NCBI GenBank assembly: GCA_012719555.1
Contig: JAAYAE010000007.1
Location: forward strand, 1 to 34,504
From: Acholeplasmataceae bacterium
Lineage (GTDB): Bacteria > Bacillota > Negativicutes > Acidaminococcales > Acidaminococcaceae
DNA: 34,504 bases
Direction of reading: 5' to 3'
Of this stretch, positions 1 to 8,228 are shown piece by piece (the stretch's first letter is position 1; every line of letters starts with the position of its first letter). The translations under genes and the position numbers were made by a program. Under the pieces are notes generated by a model. It searched no databases and had not been told where the DNA came from. It saw nothing but the letters and a program-made list of their open reading frames with translations.

Positions 1-4
1 AATT

Positions 5-13
5 TGTTATAAT
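5..13 (+). promoter_or_regulatory. candidate extended -10 promoter element (TGtTATAAT) for the transporter gene; the -35 would lie outside the window
   Basis: TGTTATAAT at 5-13, about 45 nt upstream of the SD/ATG at 60. The -35 cannot be assessed because the window starts here. Confidence 0.4.
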
Positions 14-59
14 GAATGAGTTTAATCTGGTTTTAAATAATGGAAAGAAAGGTGTTTTT

Positions 60-1043
60 ATGAAAAAACTTTGTGCTGTTATTGGGAAATATTTTGGGAT
101 TATCGCGGTTATTTTTCTAATATTGGGAATGACCATACCGGGGGAATTCAAATGGGTGCTTGGTAAAACTGCAGTTATCAGTACCATGTCATTGCTTCTT
201 GGAATAATTATGTTTGGTATGGGTATGACCATGAACATTAGTGATTTCACTTTAGTATTTAAACGTCCCAAGGATTTAGCCATAGGTGCTTTTGCCCAAT
301 TTATCATTATGCCATCATTAGCTTATAGCCTGGCTACCATATTTAATCTTGATCCCGCCTTGACTGCCGGAGTAATTTTGGTTGGTACTTGTCCGGGTGG
401 AACCGCTTCTAACGTTATTACCTTCATGGCCAAAGGTGACCTGGCGCTATCTGTAGCCATGACCACTGTTTCAACTATCCTAGCCCCTATTTTAACACCT
501 TTTATTACCTATCAGCTAATTGGGCAAAAAATTTCTTTTGATCCTATTAGTATGTTCTGGAGTATAATACAAATTGTTATTATACCTATAGCTTTAGGCC
601 TTATGATTAAAACTTTTTTACCAAAAGTTGCAGAAGTTTCTACAACCTACACGCCGGCTATTTCTGCCATTGCAATTTCCCTCATCATTGCAGGAGTTAT
701 CGGTTCCAGCCGTGATAATATTTTAAAAACTCCGGGAACCATCATTTTAGTAGTTATGCTGCATAACTGCCTAGGCTATTTACTGGGGTTCAGCGTTGCT
801 CGCATGATAGGTATGTCCTGGAAAAAAGCCATTGCCCTTTCCATTGAAGTAGGAATGCAGAATTCCGGATTGGCAACCGGCCTTGCGAAAACTCATTTTG
901 CCGCTATGCCTATGGCGACAGTTCCAGGTGCTATCTTTAGTGCTTGGCATAATATTTCCGGAGCTTTGCTGGCCTTTATTTTCAGAAACTATGTAACCCC
1001 TCGCTATGGAGATAAAGAAGCAAAAGACGCTTTAGACAACTAG
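60..1043 (+). CDS. bile acid:sodium symporter (BASS/SBF) family transporter
   Basis: Polytopic hydrophobic 327-aa product with motifs GTCPGGTASNV and EVGMQNSGLA that I recognise from the SBF/BASS family. AAAGG SD lies 7 nt before ATG60. The ORF-track start ATG12 overlaps the putative -10 box, so ATG60 is preferred. Confidence 0.85.
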   Translation: MKKLCAVIGKYFGIIAVIFLILGMTIPGEFKWVLGKTAVISTMSLLLGIIMFGMGMTMNISDFTLVFKRPKDLAIGAFAQFIIMPSLAYSLATIFNLDPALTAGVILVGTCPGGTASNVITFMAKGDLALSVAMTTVSTILAPILTPFITYQLIGQKISFDPISMFWSIIQIVIIPIALGLMIKTFLPKVAEVSTTYTPAISAIAISLIIAGVIGSSRDNILKTPGTIILVVMLHNCLGYLLGFSVARMIGMSWKKAIALSIEVGMQNSGLATGLAKTHFAAMPMATVPGAIFSAWHNISGALLAFIFRNYVTPRYGDKEAKDALDN

Positions 1044-1051
1044 TATAATGC

Positions 1052-1090
1052 AATCCGTTCATCACAAGATGGGCGGATTTCTTTTTATCC
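1052..1090 (+). terminator. weak candidate intrinsic terminator after the transporter gene
   Basis: AATCCG (1052-1057) pairs with CGGATT (1074-1079), a 6-bp stem with a long 16-nt loop, followed by TTCTTTTTAT. This geometry is poor. Confidence 0.3.
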
Positions 1091-1202
1091 TTTGCTACCA
1101 AGCATAGTGTTATTTTAACACAAAGACAGCCCCGGCGCAAAATTCTGCATAATACTATTCTTTGCAAAGTTTTATTGTATAATATATGCTGAGGTGAAAA
1201 AT

Positions 1203-2459
1203 ATGTATAGAATCTTCTTACTTGTATGCTTAATGCTTTTTAGTGCCAATCTAGCTTTAGCCAGTTCTACTCTAATGCCTAATACCACTCTTGCTATGCA
1301 AAATGTTCAATTTTGGCTTACTCCTGAAGGTGAAAAAATTGTTGCGGCCCCAGAACGCATCGTGGCCATGAACAAAGCGATGCTATCTGATACTATGTGT
1401 GATTTAGCCGGCTTTTCTGCCACTGTTAGCGGTTTAAAGCTTAAGGAATATTTGGCTCACTACACAATAAACGATGCTCTCTATGTTAATGGTCTTCCCC
1501 TGTCGGAAACATCAGCTCTAGAGCTAGAAAATGATGCTGTAGGCAATATTAATAGCAATAATCCGGTTAAATACGGAGTAGTTACTATTCGCAGTAACTT
1601 GCGGACTTTCCCCACCCTGGCAGGTGCCTTTGAAACTCCTGAAGATACTCATTTTGATATGTGGCAGGAAACTGCTGTAGACCCCGGTGAACCGGCACTA
1701 ATCCTACACAACAATGCAAAGGGCAATTTTGTTTTTGTACAATTAAAAAGCTATCGGGGCTGGCTGCCTAGAAACCAAGTGGCTGTTACGGACAAAACAA
1801 CTTGGCTTAAGTATGTAGAACCTAGAGAATTTGCCGTAGTTACGGATAGATTAGTAAATATAAAAGGACTAATCTATCAAATGGTAGCCAAACTCCCTTT
1901 GTCCAGCGGTAAATTCCTTGTCCCCCGTCGCAGCAGCCAAGGATATCTAGTCTCTGTAGAAGTACCGGCAAATTTTAATGATGCTGTGCACAAAGGTTAT
2001 TTGCCCTTCACTCGCAATAATTTGCTCCGTATGGCTTTTAAACACCTAGGTGCACCATATGGCTGGGGTGGCATGGAAAACAGCGTAGACTGCTCAGCCT
2101 TCGTTCAGGACGTCTATAAAACCGTAGGTATCCAGCTGCCGCGCAATGGTGATGAGCAGGAAACGGCCTTTCCCGGCGTAAATATGATTAGTCTGAACCG
2201 GGAGGAAAGAATCCGCATTATTAAAGCTTTAGAACCCGGCAGTTTAATGTTTACTCCTTCTCATGTTATGTTATACCTAGGAGAAAAAAATTCCCGTCCC
2301 TATATGATACACACTGCCGGCTCCTACGGGGAACAAGATGCGGAAGGTAATATCTCTAAAAACAGAATAATGCAAACAATAATCAGTGATGTCTACCTTT
2401 TAGGAGGCAGCGGCACCATTATGCTCTTAAAAATGACCAAAGCTAATAACTATAAATAA
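1203..2459 (+). CDS. secreted SH3b-domain NlpC/P60 family peptidoglycan hydrolase (YkfC-like gamma-D-Glu-L-diamino-acid endopeptidase type)
   Basis: Signal peptide LLVCLMLFSANLALA. C-terminal NlpC/P60 core with catalytic Cys in NSVDCSAFVQDVY and His in PSHVMLYLG. GAGG SD lies 8 nt before ATG1203; the track start GTG1194 overlaps the SD. Confidence 0.85.
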   Translation: MYRIFLLVCLMLFSANLALASSTLMPNTTLAMQNVQFWLTPEGEKIVAAPERIVAMNKAMLSDTMCDLAGFSATVSGLKLKEYLAHYTINDALYVNGLPLSETSALELENDAVGNINSNNPVKYGVVTIRSNLRTFPTLAGAFETPEDTHFDMWQETAVDPGEPALILHNNAKGNFVFVQLKSYRGWLPRNQVAVTDKTTWLKYVEPREFAVVTDRLVNIKGLIYQMVAKLPLSSGKFLVPRRSSQGYLVSVEVPANFNDAVHKGYLPFTRNNLLRMAFKHLGAPYGWGGMENSVDCSAFVQDVYKTVGIQLPRNGDEQETAFPGVNMISLNREERIRIIKALEPGSLMFTPSHVMLYLGEKNSRPYMIHTAGSYGEQDAEGNISKNRIMQTIISDVYLLGGSGTIMLLKMTKANNYK

Positions 2460-2507
2460 GTATTTCCTTAAGTAACCACCTTAACAACAAAGGGCAAAAC
2501 CACATAC

Positions 2508-2540
2508 AAAAAGAGCAGTTCCCGGAGGAACTGCTCTTTT
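2508..2540. terminator. bidirectional rho-independent terminator between the convergent hydrolase and ompM genes
   Basis: AGAGCAGTTCC (2512-2522), loop cgga, GGAACTGCTCT (2527-2537): a perfect 11-bp stem with a 4-nt loop. It is flanked by AAAA (2508-2511) and TTT (2538-2540), giving a U-tract on either strand. Confidence 0.85.
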
Positions 2541-2553
2541 AAATGTTCTAAAA

Positions 2554-3777
2554 TTAGAAAGTGATGATAAGTTGAGACCACAAAGTTTTGTGTTTAGTAT
2601 CGGAAAGATCTTTATCCTTCAAATCGAAGTATTGAACGCCAGCTACCATGTTTTTAGCAACAGTGTAGTCAACGCCAACGCCGTAGCCTTTTAAGCCATA
2701 TTGTCCAAGATATGCACCGTTCATTGTGTGAGCGATAACAGTGGAAGCACCTTGGTTGTAATATTTAGCCCATGCACCAAAAGAACCAACTTTGTTAGCT
2801 TTAGCAGTACCATAAGCCAAGGAAATTACATAACCCTTGTTATCCATGTCAAAGTAATCAGTATAGTCGGAAGAACCCTTTAAGTACATAGCACCAATAG
2901 TGGTTTTTCCTGTAGTGTAGTTAGCACCCAAAGTATAAATCTTGTCGTCAGTGCCACCAAGAGTAGTTACTTCGTTAGCTTTTACATAGTTAGCTTCTAA
3001 AGCTACTTGGCCAACATTGCCGCCTAAACCAACGCGGTAGTATTTACCGGCAGCTGGAGTAGTAGAAGTGCTATCATAAGTAGCAGCAGAGGAAGACATT
3101 TTACCAACTTCAGCAGTAACTTTTAGTGTTTTGCCGAAATCTAATTTAACAGCGTCAACGCGGTTATCATAAACGTTACCTTCTGCAATAAAGCCTTCAA
3201 AACGACCGGCAGTTACGCCAACTTGACCAATTTTGCCTGTTAAATAAGCGCGTTGGAAACGAGTAGCTTCATCGCCAGTGCCATTGTTAAGGTTTTGTTC
3301 GTTTTGCAACATGGAAACATAACGGAAGTTGTCATTAACTTCGCCGGACAAGAACAAACGAGTACGGATCTTAGAATAGGAAGCAGGTTTAGGATCAGTG
3401 CTGCCAGCGTAATCAACATAAGTAGCACGAATGTTACCGGTGATTTTTACGTTGTCAGAATTTTTTTCCAACTTAGCTACGCGAACGCCCAAGTTGTCTA
3501 ATTCGTCAGCGAATTCGCCAACCAATTTGTCGTCAGAACCGATAGCGCCTTTTGCCAAAGCTTTAGCTACGATTTGAGCCATTTCATAACGAGTCATTAA
3601 GTTGTTGCCTTTGAAAGTGCCGTCAGGATAACCATCAACTACGCCTGCTGCAGCCAATTTAGCTACGGAAGCATAAGCCCAATGACCAGCCGGTACATCA
3701 GAGAATGGGTTTGCTGCAAAAGCTGTAGCGCTAACGCCAAGAGCCATTGCCATTGCTAATACTAATGTCTTTTTCAT
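2554..3777 (-). CDS. ompM: OmpM-type outer-membrane porin with N-terminal SLH (peptidoglycan-tethering) domain
   Basis: Signal peptide MKKTLVLAMAMALGVSATAFA. SLH domain FSDVPAGHWAYASVAKLAAAGVVDGYPDGTFKGNNLMTRYEMAQIVAKAL. Short coiled coil EFADELDNLGVRVAKLEKN, then about 300 aa with a beta-barrel pattern ending in the aromatic beta-signal LIITF. GGGGGA SD precedes ATG3777; the track start 3843 is a GTG with no SD. Confidence 0.9.
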   Translation of the reverse strand: MKKTLVLAMAMALGVSATAFAANPFSDVPAGHWAYASVAKLAAAGVVDGYPDGTFKGNNLMTRYEMAQIVAKALAKGAIGSDDKLVGEFADELDNLGVRVAKLEKNSDNVKITGNIRATYVDYAGSTDPKPASYSKIRTRLFLSGEVNDNFRYVSMLQNEQNLNNGTGDEATRFQRAYLTGKIGQVGVTAGRFEGFIAEGNVYDNRVDAVKLDFGKTLKVTAEVGKMSSSAATYDSTSTTPAAGKYYRVGLGGNVGQVALEANYVKANEVTTLGGTDDKIYTLGANYTTGKTTIGAMYLKGSSDYTDYFDMDNKGYVISLAYGTAKANKVGSFGAWAKYYNQGASTVIAHTMNGAYLGQYGLKGYGVGVDYTVAKNMVAGVQYFDLKDKDLSDTKHKTLWSQLIITF

Positions 3778-3948
3778 GAAAATATCCCCCTTAAGGAATT
3801 TTATTTTTACAATGCCATAGGGGAGGTCAGCTTCATGTTCCACCGACTATTCGTGCGAGTAACCTTGTTTCCTCTACTCCTAGTTGGAATCACATTCCAC
3901 GTCTCTCTCTGCGGGCACTATAAAGCAATATTAATAATTTACATGGTT

Positions 3949-3977
3949 ATTGTAACACCTGTTTGACGAATTTGCAA
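3949..3977 (-). promoter_or_regulatory. sigma-70-type promoter for ompM
   Basis: Read on the minus strand: -35 TTGCAA (3977-3972), exact 17-nt spacer, -10 TACAAT (3954-3949). It implies a leader of about 165 nt before ATG3777. Confidence 0.65.
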
Positions 3978-4000
3978 CATTTTTTTGTGTAGCACTCTAT

Positions 4001-4411
4001 TTAATCGATTTTTTTCAAATATCTTCTCACTAAAACTACTGCAGCTAGTCCATCCAAATTAACTGGAGGTACCTGCATACCCAAAGGGAATAATTTGCGC
4101 AGTCCCTTGGGTGGATTTAATTGCCAATAAAGCACCCTTGCTTCCTCAGTACTATGAGCTTCATCTATCAGAACAATTTCAACGGAAGGTAAGAGCTCGT
4201 GCAAGGCAGCCTTCATAGCCGCTGCAGTCGTGCCATTACCCATAACGCAAAGGCTAACCTCTTGCTGCCCCAAAAATTCTTCCAGGGCCCCTGTGAAATC
4301 CGCCATCAGTAAAACCTCTGTATTTTTTATTTCGCCGCCTGCTGTCACCAAGGCAACTCCGGTTTTGCTGCTGCCGGGATCAACACCCAAAATCAGCTCT
4401 TTGCTATTCAT
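4001..4411 (-). CDS. YqgF/RuvX-like RNase H-fold protein (putative resolvase-like nuclease), 136 aa
   Basis: N-terminal ILGVDPGSSKTGVALV, central IVLIDEAHSTEEAR and C-terminal NLDGLAAVVLVRRYL are colinear with the RuvX/YqgF motifs (GxDxG..iGvA, DErlTT.eA, D..AA..IL). GGAGGTGA SD. The start overlaps the upstream gene's stop by 8 nt. Confidence 0.6.
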   Translation of the reverse strand: MNSKELILGVDPGSSKTGVALVTAGGEIKNTEVLLMADFTGALEEFLGQQEVSLCVMGNGTTAAAMKAALHELLPSVEIVLIDEAHSTEEARVLYWQLNPPKGLRKLFPLGMQVPPVNLDGLAAVVLVRRYLKKID

Positions 4412-5566
4412 AGCCGCTCACCTCCAGCTTCAATAAAACAGGTCCGGCAACGGCAATATCCCCCTTAGCTTTAGCCGTAATCTCTACCTTGCCCCCAAAC
4501 TTGCGAATAGAAGCGCTAACAATTTCCATTTCAGCAGCATCAATAGCTCCCACCTTGCCTGTTAAAGGGTCCGGCACCACGCCTTGAGCTACCGCAGCTT
4601 TATTAACATCTTTCAAAAAGGCCAATAGTGCCATTTCCACTTGCTGAGAATCTACATCTACGTTAATTTTTTGGCTCAAAATTTCTGCATTATTAGCATA
4701 TACTTTATTGTTGGGTACCATTTCCAAACGGCTGACAGCCATTTCACCGGACAAAATATTTCCTGCGGCGCTAACCCGGACATAAATATTCCCTTTACCT
4801 CTGCTAGAGCTCGCAAAGCACTCTTGACAGTCTCCTTAGACACCCAAAGAATTTGCGTATCTTCTTTGGCTCCTGTCCGTTCCAAAATATGTCCATTAGC
4901 CGCGGCCAAAAACACATCCATTTGTTTTTGATTCTCTTCCGTACTAAGGCCGGCCTTTAGTACACTGGCATAAAGAATTTCTCCGGAACGAAAAACTACA
5001 TCACCCTCACGCATAGCCGTCATGTTTTCCCGCAACTTCTGGGTCGCTGTTTCTAAAGAGCTTACTTCTCCCTTTAGTTTATCCCTAGACGCTTGCAGTT
5101 TATCCATTTGGTTTTGGGCCTGATTTAATTTCTCCTCTGCCGCTTGGTAACTGCTTTCTAATTCTGCTACTTGGTGTTGAGCCTCTTCTTTTTGCCGTGT
5201 CGCCACAGCCAAATCCACAGAGGATTGCTTAATTTGTTTATCCAAATCTGCTACCTTAACTTTTTGAACTTCTAGTTCTCGTAGAATATCTTTTTTATCT
5301 TTATTTAAAGTTACTATCTCTGTCTTTATTTTTTCCATACCAAAAAGTGCCGTACGCACGCTGGCAGAAGATACCATTAAGATTCCCATGGTAGCCGCAG
5401 CTACGGCAATGCCGGTAATAATAGTCATAAGGATAGAAGTATAATGGGGCCTTAGCCCAAAAATAGTCAGCCTCTTTTTGCCAATTTTACTCCCTAGCTT
5501 GTCACCCAAAAATGCAATAGCTCCGCCCATAATTGCTATTATTAAAATTAACTGTGCTCCAAACAT
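4404..5566 (-). pseudogene. DUF3084-family membrane/coiled-coil protein, reading frame broken by an apparent 1-nt deletion near 4791-4797 (ORF pieces 4676-5566 and 4404-4754)
   Basis: N-terminus AFLGDKLGSKIGKKRLTIFGLRPHYTSILMTIITG matches the DUF3084 signature as I remember it from cyanobacterial proteins (GDRLG..VGK.RLSLF.LRPR.TA). After ...ALRALAEVKG the -1 frame continues cleanly as NIYVRVSAAGNILSGEMAVSRLEM... to the stop at 4404. Restoring one A or G in gaggtaAAGGGaat gives a 388-codon ORF. AGGAGGTGAGG SD precedes ATG5566. Confidence 0.65.
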
Positions 5567-5610
5567 TGCCTCACCTCCTAGGTAATAGAAAAATACTAAT
5601 CAATATTTAT

Positions 5611-6699
5611 CTACTGATCTTTTTTCCACATGAGCCACAAACCAAAAGCACCACAAAGAGCATTGGGAACCAAGGCCGCTATAATAGGCGGCAAGGCGCC
5701 TCCGTTGCCTAATCCTGTCATGAAAGTCATAACAGAATAGTAAACAAAAATAATAACTACGCTAATGCCCAAACCCATAGAAGTCCCTGTCCTTTGTCCC
5801 TGCATGCCTAGCGGCACCCCAATAAGGGCGAAAAAGAAACTAGCCAAAGGAATAGAAAATCGCATATACATTTCCATTACATATTTGCTTGTAGGCATAT
5901 ACTGCCTTTCAAGAATACCAATGTATGTTTTTAATTCACCAATAGTCATTTGTTCAGGGGACTTTTGGTCTAGGGTAATAGCCGTGGGTGTGGCCGCAAT
6001 CGGCAATACTTGTTTATCAAAAGTCATATAGCGGTTAACCCCTGCTGCGCCCGTTAAATCAGTGATACTGCCACCTTCCATAATCCAAGTTCCATTTATC
6101 CACTTGGCCATAGGTGTCTTTTGAATACGAGCTAATTTGCCATCTTGAAATTCCTCAATGGTAATATCTTGAAGAACACCCTGCTCTTCATCAAAAGTGC
6201 GAGCATAAGTTAAACGATCAAGCTTATCATTTTTAATGGTTTTAATAACAATGTGGTCCTGAGTCTTCGGTTTAGTGTCATGTTTTATTTCATAATCTAT
6301 AATACGAGCATACTCGGTTTTAGCCGGTGGCACTACTTTTTCTGCCCAAATAACCGAGAACATACTAACAACAAAGCCTGCTATTAGTATAGGTGCCGCA
6401 ATACGCTTAAAACTAATGCCACCGGACCGCATAGCCGTTATTTCACTGCTCCCTGAAAGCTTGTCCATAGTTAACAAAGAAGCTAAGAGCATAGACATAG
6501 GAAAAGTGTAGTTAATGACTTCCGGCATGAGGCAAAAGAACAGCCGAATCAAAGAAGATGCGGAAGCTCCATATTCGGTTAAATATTGAGCCACCCTGAA
6601 GAGGAAGGAACTAGCCACAAAAATCGTGGAAAAAGCTGCCACACCAAAACAGAAAGGTCCTAACATTTGTTTAAGGATATATTTGTCTAAAATGCGCAT
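5611..6699 (-). CDS. LPS export ABC transporter permease, LptF/LptG (YjgP/YjgQ) family; single copy in this cluster
   Basis: 362 aa. Typical N-terminus MRILDKYILKQMLGPF, three TMs, a large periplasmic beta-jellyroll insert, three C-terminal TMs. GAGGAAG SD precedes ATG6699, 13 nt after the lptB stop. Confidence 0.9.
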   Translation of the reverse strand: MRILDKYILKQMLGPFCFGVAAFSTIFVASSFLFRVAQYLTEYGASASSLIRLFFCLMPEVINYTFPMSMLLASLLTMDKLSGSSEITAMRSGGISFKRIAAPILIAGFVVSMFSVIWAEKVVPPAKTEYARIIDYEIKHDTKPKTQDHIVIKTIKNDKLDRLTYARTFDEEQGVLQDITIEEFQDGKLARIQKTPMAKWINGTWIMEGGSITDLTGAAGVNRYMTFDKQVLPIAATPTAITLDQKSPEQMTIGELKTYIGILERQYMPTSKYVMEMYMRFSIPLASFFFALIGVPLGMQGQRTGTSMGLGISVVIIFVYYSVMTFMTGLGNGGALPPIIAALVPNALCGAFGLWLMWKKDQ

Positions 6700-6712
6700 T
6701 AAGTTATCTTCC

Positions 6713-7432
6713 TCACATTTTGAATTTTTCGCCCAAATAAAATTTTCGGGCTGTGGAATCATTGGCAACCATTTCGCTGTCACCTGCTACTAAAATCTCA
6801 CCATTGTTTAAAATGTAAGCATTATCCACAATGCTCAAAGTTTCCCGTACATTATGGTCTGTAATAAGTACCCCAATACCTCGTTGTGCCAAATGGGCAA
6901 CCATAGTCTGAATATCGGCAACCGCGATAGGGTCAATACCGGCAAAAGGCTCGTCCAACAAAATAAACGCAGGGTCCGTGGCTAATGATCTGGCTATTTC
7001 TACCCGCCTTCTCTCCCCACCGGAAAGTGCCGAACCCAAACTATTTCTAATATGTTCAATATGAAATTCTGCAATTAACTCTTGCATTTTTGCCAGACGT
7101 TTTTCGTGAGAAGGCTCTACCGCTTCTAAAATTGCCAACAAATTCTCTTCTACTGTCAAACTGCGAAAAACAGACGCTTCCTGGGGTAAATACCCAATAC
7201 CGGCCAAAGCTCTTTTGTACATGGGCATATGAGTAATATCTTTATCATCAATAAGTACTTGCCCAGCATCAGGTTTTTCCAAACCAACAATCATATAAAA
7301 GGTAGTTGTTTTCCCGGCACCGTTAGGGCCTAAAAGTCCTACAATACTACCCTGTTCCACCTCAATAGACACGTTATCTACCACTTTACGTGAGCCATAT
7401 TGTTTTACCAAGTTATTTGCTTGTATTTTCAA
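6713..7432 (-). CDS. lptB: LPS export ABC transporter ATP-binding protein LptB
   Basis: Walker [10 protein letters not shown], signature [13 protein letters not shown], Walker [13 protein letters not shown]. The N-terminus [17 protein letters not shown] is colinear with E. coli LptB. TTG start with AAAGGAG SD 6 nt upstream. Confidence 0.93.
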   Translation of the reverse strand: MKIQANNLVKQYGSRKVVDNVSIEVEQGSIVGLLGPNGAGKTTTFYMIVGLEKPDAGQVLIDDKDITHMPMYKRALAGIGYLPQEASVFRSLTVEENLLAILEAVEPSHEKRLAKMQELIAEFHIEHIRNSLGSALSGGERRRVEIARSLATDPAFILLDEPFAGIDPIAVADIQTMVAHLAQRGIGVLITDHNVRETLSIVDNAYILNNGEILVAGDSEMVANDSTARKFYLGEKFKM

Positions 7433-7481
7433 TGGGTTCTCCTTTTAAGCTGCCAAAGGCAGTCACTACTGTAACTATCTT

Positions 7482-8228
7482 CTAGGCCTCTATATCTTGT
7501 GGTTTTGTTGTTTGAGGCTTAGGTAAGTATACCATTTTAACTTTACCATCTGCTTGTGCAATGCTACCACCTGCACCCCTTAGGGTCAAGCTTTGACCGG
7601 AAACGGTATTTCCGTCTTGGGTTGCGGTGGCATTTCCTATAAGCTCTATAGTGCCGTCATCCTCATTTGTGTTATAAATAGCCTTATCTCCGCTGGCAGT
7701 TAGCTTGCGCACACTGCTATTAATACGTACATTGCCATTGGCATTTGCTATGCCTGCATTCATGTCATAATTAATATATTCCGCATCTAAGCTACTCTGT
7801 CCATTGTCCATTGTAAGTTTGGCCCAATCCCCCACTGTTTCCATGTATTTCCTGCTTTGAAAATATTCCACTTGGTCAGCACGTAACGTCTTATCTTGCT
7901 TAGTTAAAACTGCGTTTCCTATAGCGGTGAGTTGGTCTCCACCGGTATGAATAACTAAAGTATTGCAAGTAATTCTCGCTTCACCTTGAACTCCCTCTAC
8001 GCCGCCTGTTAATTTACCTGCTTCTGACTTTGTATTATATTCGGCATTAGCCGCTCTAACCGTACCTTCATTATTAGTAAGAACCACATTGCCCTTCGCT
8101 ACTGTTTGACTGCTGCGAAAATCATATTCAACTGTATCGCCGGCAACACTGGAAGCGGCATATGTTACCCCCGCTAACGACAAACAAAGCAGAAAGCTTA
8201 AAATTGCGCCTATATTTTTTCTTTTCAT
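7482..8228 (-). CDS. lptA: periplasmic LptA/OstA-N family LPS transport protein (elongated, 248 aa)
   Basis: Signal peptide ...LSLAGVTYA, then repeated OstA-like beta-jellyroll strands (GNVVLTNNEGTVRAANAEY, GNAVLTKQDKTLRADQVEY, GNVRINSSVRKLTASGDKAIY). Its ATG overlaps the lptC TGA (ATGA). Confidence 0.85.
   Translation of the reverse strand: MKRKNIGAILSFLLCLSLAGVTYAASSVAGDTVEYDFRSSQTVAKGNVVLTNNEGTVRAANAEYNTKSEAGKLTGGVEGVQGEARITCNTLVIHTGGDQLTAIGNAVLTKQDKTLRADQVEYFQSRKYMETVGDWAKLTMDNGQSSLDAEYINYDMNAGIANANGNVRINSSVRKLTASGDKAIYNTNEDDGTIELIGNATATQDGNTVSGQSLTLRGAGGSIAQADGKVKMVYLPKPQTTKPQDIEA

Noticed and set aside
982-1167. 61-aa minus-strand ORF across the transporter/hydrolase intergenic region
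   Set aside because: It overlaps the 3' end of the transporter gene on the opposite strand, has no SD, and gives a Cys/Leu/Arg-rich nonsense-like sequence.
1162-1183. TTGCAA and TATAAT hexamers upstream of the NlpC/P60 gene
   Set aside because: The spacer is only 10 nt, so they cannot act as a -35/-10 pair. TATAAT (1178-1183) alone may be a -10, but it leaves only about 13 nt of leader. This was too uncertain to list as a feature. A nearby inverted repeat GTGTTA-ttt-TAACAC (1107-1121) is short and AT-rich.
3240-3428. Same-strand out-of-frame ORFs inside ompM (3240-3428) and msbA (16486-16713)
   Set aside because: They are nested in alternative frames of well-supported genes and have no independent start signals or recognisable sequence.
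3778-3843. N-terminal extensions given by the ORF track for ompM (3843), lptF/G (6783), lptC (8866), bamA (29405), long skp (25549), lpxB (18277) and the BASS transporter (12)
   Set aside because: The extensions start at codons without an SD and precede a canonical signal peptide, TM or conserved N-terminus. In each case a downstream ATG/TTG/GTG has a GGAGG-like SD at 5-9 nt, so the shorter coordinates were used.
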